64,000 bases of DNA, taken from the NCBI GenBank assembly GCA_020846435.1, contig JADLDY010000035.1:6077-70076 (forward strand), in the 5' to 3' direction. The position numbers and the translations under genes are program-made. The number at the start of each line of letters is the position of its first letter. Position 1 is the first letter of the stretch. The notes under the pieces were generated by a model that was not told where the DNA came from, searched no databases, and saw only the letters and a program-made list of their open reading frames with translations. This stretch comes from Deltaproteobacteria bacterium (GTDB lineage: Bacteria > Desulfobacterota > GWC2-55-46). Positions 55,491-64,000 of this stretch are shown piece by piece.

Positions 55491-55533
55491 ATATAGATAA
55501 GTCAAGAAGCTGAAATGTCTCAGGAGGTTTGAT

Positions 55534-56229
55534 ATGAAAAAGTTTGCCCTGTCGTTCTTATCCATCCTGCTCGCCACGGTCGATACCATCGAAGCAGGCT
55601 CCTTCAAGACGCTCCCGACGATAAGCGAAACTCAAGGCTACTCGTACATCGAACTCGACTCAAGACATGACGCGAAGGACATTTTCGATCACTTCGTCTC
55701 CGAGTGCGGAGCATCCGGCAAACTCCTTTTCCTCGGGACCCTGAGGGACGCGAGCCATTTAAGGCTCACGCTTTTGAACGAGGATGAGGCGGCAAGCTAC
55801 ATCGAGACCGACGGAGACGGAAAATATCCCTGGCTCCTGGCGTGCGACGGGCCGGAAAAATTCCTTGTGGAAAAAGACCAGAAATACGGCCCAAAAGAAG
55901 CCAAAGTCCGCCTTTACAAGGGCAGGGCTTTCGAAGGGATAGACTACGCGCTGGAAAGGAGCTCTGCCCCGGCGGCCAAAACAGTTGCACAGATCGACGA
56001 AGGCTACACGGAGAAGCTCGCGACAGACCTTGCCTGGTACAAGATGAGCTTTGTAAGCACACATCAGGGGACAAGGTTCGAAGGACGCTATGAGAACAGA
56101 AGCGGCTCATGCGACATGGTCTCGGTGACGCGCGTTGATTCCGACAACGCCACGACGCAGTCGTTCAAGGTCTGCTCAGGGACGGTCTATCCGCTTACAG
56201 GGCCTGTGGCAATGAACTCCGCCAGATAG
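55534..56229 (+). CDS. secreted hypothetical protein
   Basis: Signal peptide MKKFALSFLSILLATVDTIEA, strong RBS, four Cys residues. I recognise no family. Confidence 0.6.
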   Translation: MKKFALSFLSILLATVDTIEAGSFKTLPTISETQGYSYIELDSRHDAKDIFDHFVSECGASGKLLFLGTLRDASHLRLTLLNEDEAASYIETDGDGKYPWLLACDGPEKFLVEKDQKYGPKEAKVRLYKGRAFEGIDYALERSSAPAAKTVAQIDEGYTEKLATDLAWYKMSFVSTHQGTRFEGRYENRSGSCDMVSVTRVDSDNATTQSFKVCSGTVYPLTGPVAMNSAR

Positions 56230-56237
56230 GAATAAAT

Positions 56238-56271
56238 AAAAAAAGACCCGCCTCATCTGGCGGGTCTTTTC
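56238..56271. terminator. bidirectional Rho-independent terminator
   Basis: An A-run, then AGACCCGCC-TCATCT-GGCGGGTCT, then TTTT. It lies between convergent genes. Confidence 0.75.
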
Positions 56272-56299
56272 ATTTCTTCCTTATGTCGTCAGAGAAAAC

Positions 56300-57586
56300 T
56301 TACCTCTGATAGTTTCTGTCCTTCTTCTCAAAACTGCGTGCCGAAGGCCTGTTGCCAAATCCGCTCGGCTTCCTGCCCTTGCTGTTCGCATCATGAGGGC
56401 GCCTGTCCTGCCTGGAACCAGAAGGCGTCTGGGAGTGCGCCCTGCCTGAGTCCTGCTTGAACCCCTCGACTTCCACAACCGGGATGTCGCGTCCAAGGAG
56501 CTTTTGTATGCCGCGGAGAAGATCCCTCTCCTCATGAGCTACCAGGGAGAGCGCCACGCCTGAAGCGCCTGCCCTGCCGGTCCTGCCTATGCGGTGGACA
56601 TAGTCCTCAGCCACATGGGGCAGGTCAAAGTTCACGACATGCGGAAGGCTGTCGATATCGAGGCCGCGGGCCGCGATGTCAGTCGCCACAAGAATGCGCA
56701 CAGAGCCTTTCTTGAAGTCGGCGAGCGCCTTTGTTCTGGCGGCCTGGCTCTTGTTGCCATGTATGGCGGTAGAGTTTATGCCGTCCTGCAAAAGCTGGGT
56801 CGCGAGCCTGTTCGCGCCGTGCTTGGTGCGGGTGAAGACAAGGGCCTGCTGCCAGTCGCCCTCTTTTATGAGGTGTGAAAGGAGCTCTCTCTTCCTTGTC
56901 TGGCCGACAGGATGAACGACCTGCGAGACGGTCTCGGCGGCGGTGTTCCTGCGCGCCACCTCTACCTGAGTGGGGTTGTGGAGGATCCCGTCGGAGAGGC
57001 GCTTGACCTCGTCATTATATGTCGCCGAGAAGAGAAGGTTCTGCCTCTTAGCGGGCAGGAGCTTCATTATCCTCTTGATGTCGTGTATAAAACCCATGTC
57101 GAGCATGCGGTCGGCTTCGTCCAAAACGAGTATCTCGACCTTGGAGAGGTTCACTGTGCCCTGCCCCGCGTGGTCGAGAAGGCGGCCAGGGGTCGCGACG
57201 AGTATATCCACGCCGCGCTTCAAGGCGTCTATCTGCGGGTTTATCCCGACGCCGCCGAAGACAACGGCCGAGTTGAGACGCAGGTTCTTTCCATAGGTGC
57301 GCACGCTCTCAGCTACCTGGGCCGCGAGTTCGCGGGTCGGGGTGAGGACGAGCGCCCTGGGAGCGCGTCCCCTCGCGCCGATGTTCGAGTCAGCAGAAAG
57401 GAGCTGCAGCATCGGAAGCGTGAACGCGGCCGTCTTGCCGGTGCCTGTCTGCGCGCCCGCGAGCACGTCGCGGCCTTCTAAGATTACGGGGATGGTCTTT
57501 GCCTGAACGGGTGTGGGGATGGTGTAGCCCTGTGCCTGGACAGCACTGAGCAGTTCGGCCTTGAGGCCGAGCAATTCAAATGACAT
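56300..57586 (-). CDS. rhlE: DEAD-box ATP-dependent RNA helicase (RhlE-like)
   Basis: Q motif, [28 protein letters not shown] and a basic C-terminal tail. Confidence 0.9.
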   Translation of the reverse strand: MSFELLGLKAELLSAVQAQGYTIPTPVQAKTIPVILEGRDVLAGAQTGTGKTAAFTLPMLQLLSADSNIGARGRAPRALVLTPTRELAAQVAESVRTYGKNLRLNSAVVFGGVGINPQIDALKRGVDILVATPGRLLDHAGQGTVNLSKVEILVLDEADRMLDMGFIHDIKRIMKLLPAKRQNLLFSATYNDEVKRLSDGILHNPTQVEVARRNTAAETVSQVVHPVGQTRKRELLSHLIKEGDWQQALVFTRTKHGANRLATQLLQDGINSTAIHGNKSQAARTKALADFKKGSVRILVATDIAARGLDIDSLPHVVNFDLPHVAEDYVHRIGRTGRAGASGVALSLVAHEERDLLRGIQKLLGRDIPVVEVEGFKQDSGRAHSQTPSGSRQDRRPHDANSKGRKPSGFGNRPSARSFEKKDRNYQR

Positions 57587-57825
57587 TTAATACTCCGGAA
57601 ACAGCCTACTCAATAAAATTGAGCCGGTCTAGGCGGGATCATAAAGGTTGTTCTGGGTGAGGTTGAAAATGGTAGGTCAACCAAGACACAGCCTGCCGTT
57701 GACCGAAGGGCGGCAGGTTTATGAATTAATAACTATATCACAAAAAACAAAAAAAGCAAATCAAAATGGCAAGGCAACTTCCCTGCTAGGCAAATACCCC
57801 TTATGGATGGCTTTGTTACGACGCC

Positions 57826-59607
57826 TTATTTTTTCGTCTTCCCTGCGCCTGGCCTGCCCCCGTGATGATGCTTTTTTTGCCAGAGAGGCTTGGTAAAAGA
57901 GCTCTTCCCCTCTTTTTCATAGCCGCAAAGTATCGCCTTTTGAGCTTCCCTGCCCTTCGCGCTCTTCTCTACGAAAACAGGCCTGCCGGTGAAGGGGTCG
58001 CGCCCTGTCCAATAGACGAGCGTCGAATATGTCGATGGCGTAGGAGTGAAGACCTGCACCTGCTCAGGCACAGAGCCGAGCTCCTTTATCGCGAAGGTCT
58101 TCAATTTTTTCATGTCGGTCTCTGTACATCCAGGGTGCGCGGCCATGAGGTAATAAGAGAGGAACTGCTTGAGGCCAGCCTCTTGAGTGAATTTGTAGAA
58201 GAGCTCCTTGAATTTCACGAGAGCTTCCGGCGTACAGCCAGGCTTGCCCATCTGGTCAAGCACGACGGGCTCAGTGTGCTCTGGCGCTATCTTCATCTGG
58301 CCGGAGACATGGTGGGCCACCAGCTCCCTTAAATATCTCTCGCCGTCTTTTTTGTCGGAAAGGACGAGGTCGTGGCGTATGCCGGATGCGACAATGGCCT
58401 TCTTGACGCCTTCAATCGAACGGATAGCCTTGAGAATTGAGATCTGCTCGTCGTGGCCAAGCTTGAGGAGAGGGCAGACCTTAGGCGAGATGCAGCTCTT
58501 CTTCGTGCAGCAGCCGCTCTTTTCCATCCTCGTACAGCCTGTCGCGTACATATTCGCGGACGGCCCGCCGACATCGTGTATCCTGCCCTTGAAGAGAGGG
58601 TGCTTCGCGATCTCCTTCGCTTCGGCGATTATCGATTCACGGCTCCTGGACCTCACGCGGCGGCCCTCATGTACGGCTATCGCGCAAAAGCCGCACTCGC
58701 CGTAGCAGCCCCGGTGAGTCGATATGGAAAAGCGGATAGTCTCAAGAGCCTTTACATCGCCTTCCTTTTTGTGGAAGGGGTGCAGCTCGCGCTCGTACTT
58801 CAGGTTATAGACCGCGTCAAAATCCTTCTGGTCGAGATACAGGGCCGGAGGGTTCTGCACGAGGTAGCGGTTATCGTGCTTCTGGGCGATTCTCTGAGCC
58901 GTGGCGGGGTCGTTGTTGTTGTAGAATATCTGGAAGGCGCTGGTGAAGGCGTCTTTATCTTTCGCCGCCTCTTCGTAAGAGGGTATCTCGACGCATTCGT
59001 CAGGCAAAGTCTTCGAGATATAACAGAGGCCCCGCACGCCGGACGCGTCCCGCCCTTCCTTCAGGCAACGGGCGAGCTCCACGACTGAACGCTCGCACAT
59101 GCCGTAGAGGAGAAAGTCGGCCTTCGCGTCGAAAAGGACGGAGCGCCTGATGCTGTCCGTCCAGAAGTCGTAATGCGCGACCCTCCTGAGGCTCGCCTCT
59201 ATACCTCCGAGCACGATTGGTTTCGGGTTGTCTTTGGAGAATCTTTTGATGAGATTCGTGTAGGCTATGGTTGCCCGGTCAGGACGCCGGTCATTCACGC
59301 CGCCTGGCGTATAGTCGTCGCGATTACGTTTTTTGCCGGAGGCGGTGCGGTTTGCGACCATCGAGTCTATGCACCCGGCGGTCACTCCCCAGAAGAGGCG
59401 CGGCGCGCCAAGACGCATGATGTCGTCATTAGAGGTGTCGGGCTGGCCTATGACGCCGACCTTGAACCCGGCCGCGAGCAAGACCTTGCCAATTACGGCG
59501 ACCCCTACAAAGGGGGAGTCGATGTAGCTGTCGCCAGAGACCAGTATCACATCGAGATGGTCCCAGCCGAGCTTTTCCATCTCTTTTTTAGTTGTCGGCA
59601 AAAACAT
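57826..59607 (-). CDS. ygiQ: YgiQ-family (UPF0313) radical SAM protein
   Basis: Start at MFLPTTKKEMEKLGWDHLDVILVSGDSYID, a typical YgiQ N-terminus. Radical-SAM cluster HRGCYGECGFC. The 59685 extension was rejected. Confidence 0.85.
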   Translation of the reverse strand: MFLPTTKKEMEKLGWDHLDVILVSGDSYIDSPFVGVAVIGKVLLAAGFKVGVIGQPDTSNDDIMRLGAPRLFWGVTAGCIDSMVANRTASGKKRNRDDYTPGGVNDRRPDRATIAYTNLIKRFSKDNPKPIVLGGIEASLRRVAHYDFWTDSIRRSVLFDAKADFLLYGMCERSVVELARCLKEGRDASGVRGLCYISKTLPDECVEIPSYEEAAKDKDAFTSAFQIFYNNNDPATAQRIAQKHDNRYLVQNPPALYLDQKDFDAVYNLKYERELHPFHKKEGDVKALETIRFSISTHRGCYGECGFCAIAVHEGRRVRSRSRESIIAEAKEIAKHPLFKGRIHDVGGPSANMYATGCTRMEKSGCCTKKSCISPKVCPLLKLGHDEQISILKAIRSIEGVKKAIVASGIRHDLVLSDKKDGERYLRELVAHHVSGQMKIAPEHTEPVVLDQMGKPGCTPEALVKFKELFYKFTQEAGLKQFLSYYLMAAHPGCTETDMKKLKTFAIKELGSVPEQVQVFTPTPSTYSTLVYWTGRDPFTGRPVFVEKSAKGREAQKAILCGYEKEGKSSFTKPLWQKKHHHGGRPGAGKTKK

Positions 59608-59772
59608 CGGTTTTTCCAGAATATACGGCGACCGGGTTTTCCGGAGGCTGTCTATTATTATACTCCGGCAGCTGGAGCGGTTCAATCAGCAACTCCGCCC
59701 TCAGGGAACAGCTGCCCGCAAGACCATAGGCAATAGCCGCCCCTCTCAATAACCGCCTGATAATAAGCCTGT

Positions 59773-59794
59773 ATATAATTAAGCTTAATTATAT
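59773..59794. repeat. 22-bp perfect palindrome in a divergent intergenic region (candidate operator)
   Basis: ATATAATTAAG|CTTAATTATAT lies between ygiQ (-) and the CMD-family gene (+). Confidence 0.4.
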
Positions 59795-59889
59795 GGATTT
59801 TATTCCCTTTAAAATCCCCCAGGTTTGACCGGTCTCATGAACGGGGATATACTTTTTTCAAAGATTTCAACTTTAGCGGAGAGGTAAGG

Positions 59890-60246
59890 ATGAAAATGAA
59901 AAAGAGCGTCAAAAAAGAGCTGCCATCATTTTTGCAGGATGTGATCAAAAAATACCCCAAGATATGGAAGAGCTTTGACGCGCTTGGGAATTCGGTAAGC
60001 GCTCTGCCCAAAGGCATCGACAAGAAAAGCCAGCACCTCGTAAAGCTCGGCATCGCGATAGGAGCCCAGCATGAGGGGTCTGTCCATTCACACGCGCGCA
60101 GGGCAAAAGAGGCGGGCTTCACGAACGAACAGATATATCACACGGCCCTGCTCGCAATAACGACAATGGGCTGGCCCGGGGCTGTCGCGGCCCTGTCGTG
60201 GATAGACGATGTCTTGAAAGAGATAAAGACGAAGAAGGTTGCGTAG
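59890..60246 (+). CDS. carboxymuconolactone decarboxylase (AhpD-like) family protein
   Basis: 118 aa. KSQHLVKLGIAIGAQHEGSVHSHARRAKEAGFTNEQIYHTALLAITTMGWPGAV matches the CMD-domain pattern. Confidence 0.7.
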   Translation: MKMKKSVKKELPSFLQDVIKKYPKIWKSFDALGNSVSALPKGIDKKSQHLVKLGIAIGAQHEGSVHSHARRAKEAGFTNEQIYHTALLAITTMGWPGAVAALSWIDDVLKEIKTKKVA

Positions 60247-60462
60247 TCAGGTCTTGGTGAATGTTGAGGAGCGTTGAAAAGGGCGGTCCTGTTTTTTTAT
60301 GACAGGATGGCGGTCTTTACTCTCTGCGGTTAGATTCCCCTCAGATTGGCTCTGCCTGTCTTTGACTCCTCCCTCTTGCTTGATGGGGGAGGAGTAATTT
60401 AAGAGTTACCCCGCAGCTTGCGCTAACAACACAACGCGCCTTACGAACCAAAGAGCTCCTGG

Positions 60463-60843
60463 TTATCCTTTCTCATACTTCTCGATCTCTTCCTCGCTCA
60501 AGCCGAAGTAATGGCCTATCTCGTGGAGAACGGTCAGGCGTATCTCTTCGACAAGCTCCTCTTCCGTGGAGCAGACGGCCTCGATGTTACGCTTGTAAAG
60601 AACGATCCTTTCGGGAAGCTGGCCAGACGCGCCGGACCACTCTTGCTCAAGACGGGAGAGGCCGTGAAATAAACCGAGAAGCTCTTCGGCCGGGATTCCC
60701 GCGTCAGCGGCGTCCTCAACGGAGGGATAATCCTCCACGACCACGACGACATTCTCCATGCGCTTCCTGAACTCGTCAGGGAGGCCATCGAGCACACTTG
60801 CGGCCAACGCCTTGAAGTCCGCCTCTTTTACCTTGTAAGCCAT
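60463..60843 (-). CDS. zinc metallopeptidase-like protein (DUF1025/zincin-type)
   Basis: 126 aa with an HExxH motif in VLHEIGHYFGLSEEEI. Confidence 0.7.
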   Translation of the reverse strand: MAYKVKEADFKALAASVLDGLPDEFRKRMENVVVVVEDYPSVEDAADAGIPAEELLGLFHGLSRLEQEWSGASGQLPERIVLYKRNIEAVCSTEEELVEEIRLTVLHEIGHYFGLSEEEIEKYEKG

Positions 60844-60848
60844 AATCG

Positions 60849-60980
60849 TTAGACTTTATTACTCTTCGGCGGGGAATTCAAGCCACACGCATCTTCTTTT
60901 GCTTTTTTCCAAAGACGCTCACGGAAATCGGCGCAGGCGGGTATATCCACGGCAAGGATAGCGGAGTGAATCTTTTTCAT
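60849..60980 (-). CDS. possible 43-aa small ORF, below the ORF-track cutoff
   Basis: MKKIHSAILAVDIPACADFRERLWKKAKEDACGLNSPPKSNKV*. Its ATG overlaps the ATPase stop (ATGA), and its stop lies 5 nt before the metallopeptidase ATG. No recognisable family. It may be a gene remnant. Confidence 0.25.
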   Translation of the reverse strand: MKKIHSAILAVDIPACADFRERLWKKAKEDACGLNSPPKSNKV

Positions 60981-62257
60981 AAAGGTGAATCCATCTCAGC
61001 CATAATGGCTTCTCTATCTGTATTTCTTAAAAAGAAGTACAGCGTCGAATCAATTACCTTGAGACTTTGAGTGCTTCTATCGTAGTCAAATAAAGGCGGC
61101 ATTATTTTTTTCTTTATTTGTGAAGACGTTAAATTATGAAGAAAATAACTCATATCTGATGCTCTGACATCGTCAGGCCGATGATGAATAATTTTAATTC
61201 CTTTATGTATATCCGCACGCTTCAGACCAGCTTCAATATCTTCAATTTTTTTTTCGAATAGATATTTAATAAAATAATACGCAATATACAACGGCACTTC
61301 TTCTGAACTTTTAGATATCTGTTCAACAAAGGTTTCTATGCTTCTAATGTGCCTTCCTGAGTAATCCATTAGCTTTTTGGTAACTGCGGTAGATAGATGC
61401 TCAGGCAGTAGCAATTTCTTTTCATCTTGCGTTCCAAGAATGCCCGCAGCAAGGCAGCATTCTTTGCAAAGTTCTTGGAAAACACCAATACTATCAAAAG
61501 AATTTTTTATTATTTCATCGATAACTTCGTCAAAGGAAACTTTGAGTATACTACTACCTTGACATGCAACTTTTTCGAAATCTGTTTTCCGCCAAGGCTC
61601 AACCGGAATCTCTATTAAACGGTCTTGCAAGTCACCATTATATTGAGAAAGACGGTTTTTTTCTCTCCATATCCCGAGAATAATAAAAAGGATATTAAAA
61701 TCCTCAAAAACACGAAGATGAAAGGCCATTTCCTGTTGAACAGCCTCATCTAAATAATGGAAGTTCTCTAAAATGATCCTTTTATTAAATTTTATTGTCC
61801 TCAGAATTTCTGAAATATCTTGAGGCAATGCCAAATTGTACTCTACTGTTTTATATTTAATTTCCTTTTCCCTGCCATGCGTTCCTTTTGTTTCTACAGT
61901 GGCTTCTCCGCTAGCCCAGAATGGTATTTTCACTAAGGCCTTAATTGATGCACCTATGCCTATTTCAGTTTTTGTCTTCTCTGTCTTCTCTTCTTCAAAT
62001 TCGACATTTAATTGTCTTAAAATGGATTTATAAATGTCCAGAGGAGTTGTTTGAGGAGAGCAGTTAACTCTAATAAAGGAAGTCTCTTTTAAATGTTTAT
62101 TTGTAAGCGCCGTTTTACCCTGTTTTGATGCTCCAAAAACTATAATATGCTTGTTTCGTTCCAAACCTTCTACAAATCTAGAGTCAACTTCTTCTCGCTC
62201 AATATAAGAAGCCACTTTATCATTTGAAACACCAAAAACTTCAATTGTTTTCATCAT
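60977..62257 (-). CDS. P-loop NTPase (archaeal-ATPase/ORC-like AAA family) on an AT-rich islet
   Basis: Walker A IIVFGASKQGKTAL preceded by YIEREEVD. Walker B-like RIILENFHYLDE. Codon usage and GC (about one third by eye) differ sharply from the rest of the window. Confidence 0.7.
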   Translation of the reverse strand: MMKTIEVFGVSNDKVASYIEREEVDSRFVEGLERNKHIIVFGASKQGKTALTNKHLKETSFIRVNCSPQTTPLDIYKSILRQLNVEFEEEKTEKTKTEIGIGASIKALVKIPFWASGEATVETKGTHGREKEIKYKTVEYNLALPQDISEILRTIKFNKRIILENFHYLDEAVQQEMAFHLRVFEDFNILFIILGIWREKNRLSQYNGDLQDRLIEIPVEPWRKTDFEKVACQGSSILKVSFDEVIDEIIKNSFDSIGVFQELCKECCLAAGILGTQDEKKLLLPEHLSTAVTKKLMDYSGRHIRSIETFVEQISKSSEEVPLYIAYYFIKYLFEKKIEDIEAGLKRADIHKGIKIIHHRPDDVRASDMSYFLHNLTSSQIKKKIMPPLFDYDRSTQSLKVIDSTLYFFLRNTDREAIMAEMDSPL

Positions 62258-62343
62258 TCCCCTATTTAAACATTAACTCTTAGCTTCGATATAATTCAGA
62301 CTACTCATTCATTAGTTATTTATGTATAAATGTTTTAAAAAAC

Positions 62344-62428
62344 TGGCGGAGGGTGAGGGACTCGAACCCCCAAGGGTGTTAACCCGACGGTTTTCAAGAC
62401 CGTTGACTTACCATTAGCCTAACCCTCC
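62344..62428 (-). tRNA. tRNA-Ser (anticodon UGA)
   Basis: Minus strand: GGAGGGT-TA-GGCT..AGTC-A-ACGGT-CUUGAAA-ACCGT-long variable arm-GGGGG-TTCGAGT-CCCTC-ACCCTCC-G-CCA. The 7-bp acceptor stem is perfect, the anticodon loop is CU-UGA-AA, and CCA is encoded. Confidence 0.92.
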
Positions 62429-62484
62429 GGATGGAAAGCGGAGAAAAACTTTGGAAGGAAAGCCCGCTTTTGGCTACGGACTTT

Positions 62485-62525
62485 AAAACTTGAGATTGCC
62501 GCGCTTCGCTCGCAATGACGAGCTT
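62485..62525. repeat. short palindromic repeat unit, copy A ('LPRFARNDE'-type element)
   Basis: AGATTGC...CTCGCAATGAC-GAGCTT shares these cores with copy B at 62604-62656 and has an internal ATTGC/GCAAT inverted repeat. Confidence 0.45.
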
Positions 62526-62603
62526 GCTGCCCGAGGTGGAAAACCATAATCCCCCTCAGTCCCCCTTTAGAAAAGGGGGAGAAAACTATTCGCAATACCT
62601 ATC

Positions 62604-62656
62604 AAAAGCTAAGATTGCTTCGGCTGTAAAACAAGCCTCGCAATGACAGCGAGCTT
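62604..62656. repeat. short palindromic repeat unit, copy B
   Basis: AGATTGC(62612)...CTCGCAATGAC(62637)...GAGCTT(62651), the same cores as copy A with a longer internal loop. Confidence 0.45.
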
Positions 62657-62661
62657 CTAAA

Positions 62662-63948
<1,287 letters not shown>

Positions 63949-64000
63949 TTACTCCTGAATCTTTATAATGTATCCGCGAAGCGGGTCTGCGATCTTTTTT

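Noticed and set aside
57695-57725. Hairpin CCTGCCG-N12-CGGCAGG between ygiQ and rhlE as an intrinsic terminator
   Set aside because: No U-tract follows it on the minus strand, which is the strand of both flanking genes. It may be a 5'-UTR structure of rhlE or a weak terminator, and I cannot decide this from sequence.
60866-60890. Possible att-like partial copy of the tRNA-Ser 3' end (CGGCGGGGAATTCAAGCC versus TGGCGGAGGG...GGACTCGAACC) at the far edge of the AT-rich islet
   Set aside because: Only patchy identity remains (about 8 of 12 in the best segment, with a large gap). This is not convincing as a direct repeat without an alignment against related genomes.
62485-62656. Possible CRISPR array in the serS-tRNA spacer
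   Set aside because: There are only two related units, of unequal length and with internal dyad symmetry. There is no regular repeat-spacer periodicity and there are no cas genes.

Overview
This 64-kb window comes from a GC-rich Gram-negative chromosome, probably an uncultured delta-proteobacterium-like or Nitrospirota-like lineage, though I cannot assign taxonomy from sequence alone.

(1) Bases 1-40710 are one large PEP-CTERM/exosortase exopolysaccharide (EPS) locus. About 27 co-directional plus-strand genes, many translationally coupled, encode:
- export proteins: Wza-like, an outer-membrane barrel, Wzz, a MinD-like ATPase and a J-like/BY-kinase fusion;
- a priming sugar transferase;
- an AsnB-ACP-acyl-AMP ligase-WbpG-like amidotransferase cassette;
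- a fused exosortase/EpsI;
- many glycosyltransferases and tailoring enzymes;
- Wzx and Wzy.

These are followed by a beta-helix protein/FN3 lipoprotein pair, PrsK/PrsR/PrsT, a nucleotide-sugar dehydrogenase and two PEP-CTERM substrate genes. Each substrate gene has a textbook sigma-54 promoter.

(2) Bases 40973-50749 (minus strand) hold a type II secretion operon in permuted order, gspH-I-J-K-L-M-C-D-E-F. No major pseudopilin (gspG) or prepilin peptidase is present. An AT3 acyltransferase/SGNH hydrolase pair lies upstream.

(3) Bases 52.8-64 kb are mostly housekeeping or miscellaneous:
- an orphan sigma-54 response regulator;
- a TerC gene behind a clear yybP-ykoY (Mn2+) riboswitch with its own promoter and terminator;
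- a sigma-54-driven secreted protein of unknown function with a 30-bp palindrome upstream;
- rhlE, ygiQ, a CMD-family gene and a DUF1025-type metallopeptidase;
- a strikingly AT-rich single-gene island (P-loop ATPase) abutting the 3' end of tRNA-Ser(UGA);
- short palindromic repeats;
- serS.

I found no CRISPR array, rRNA, transposase or integrase. All protein calls rest on motif and architecture recognition by eye. No database search was run.
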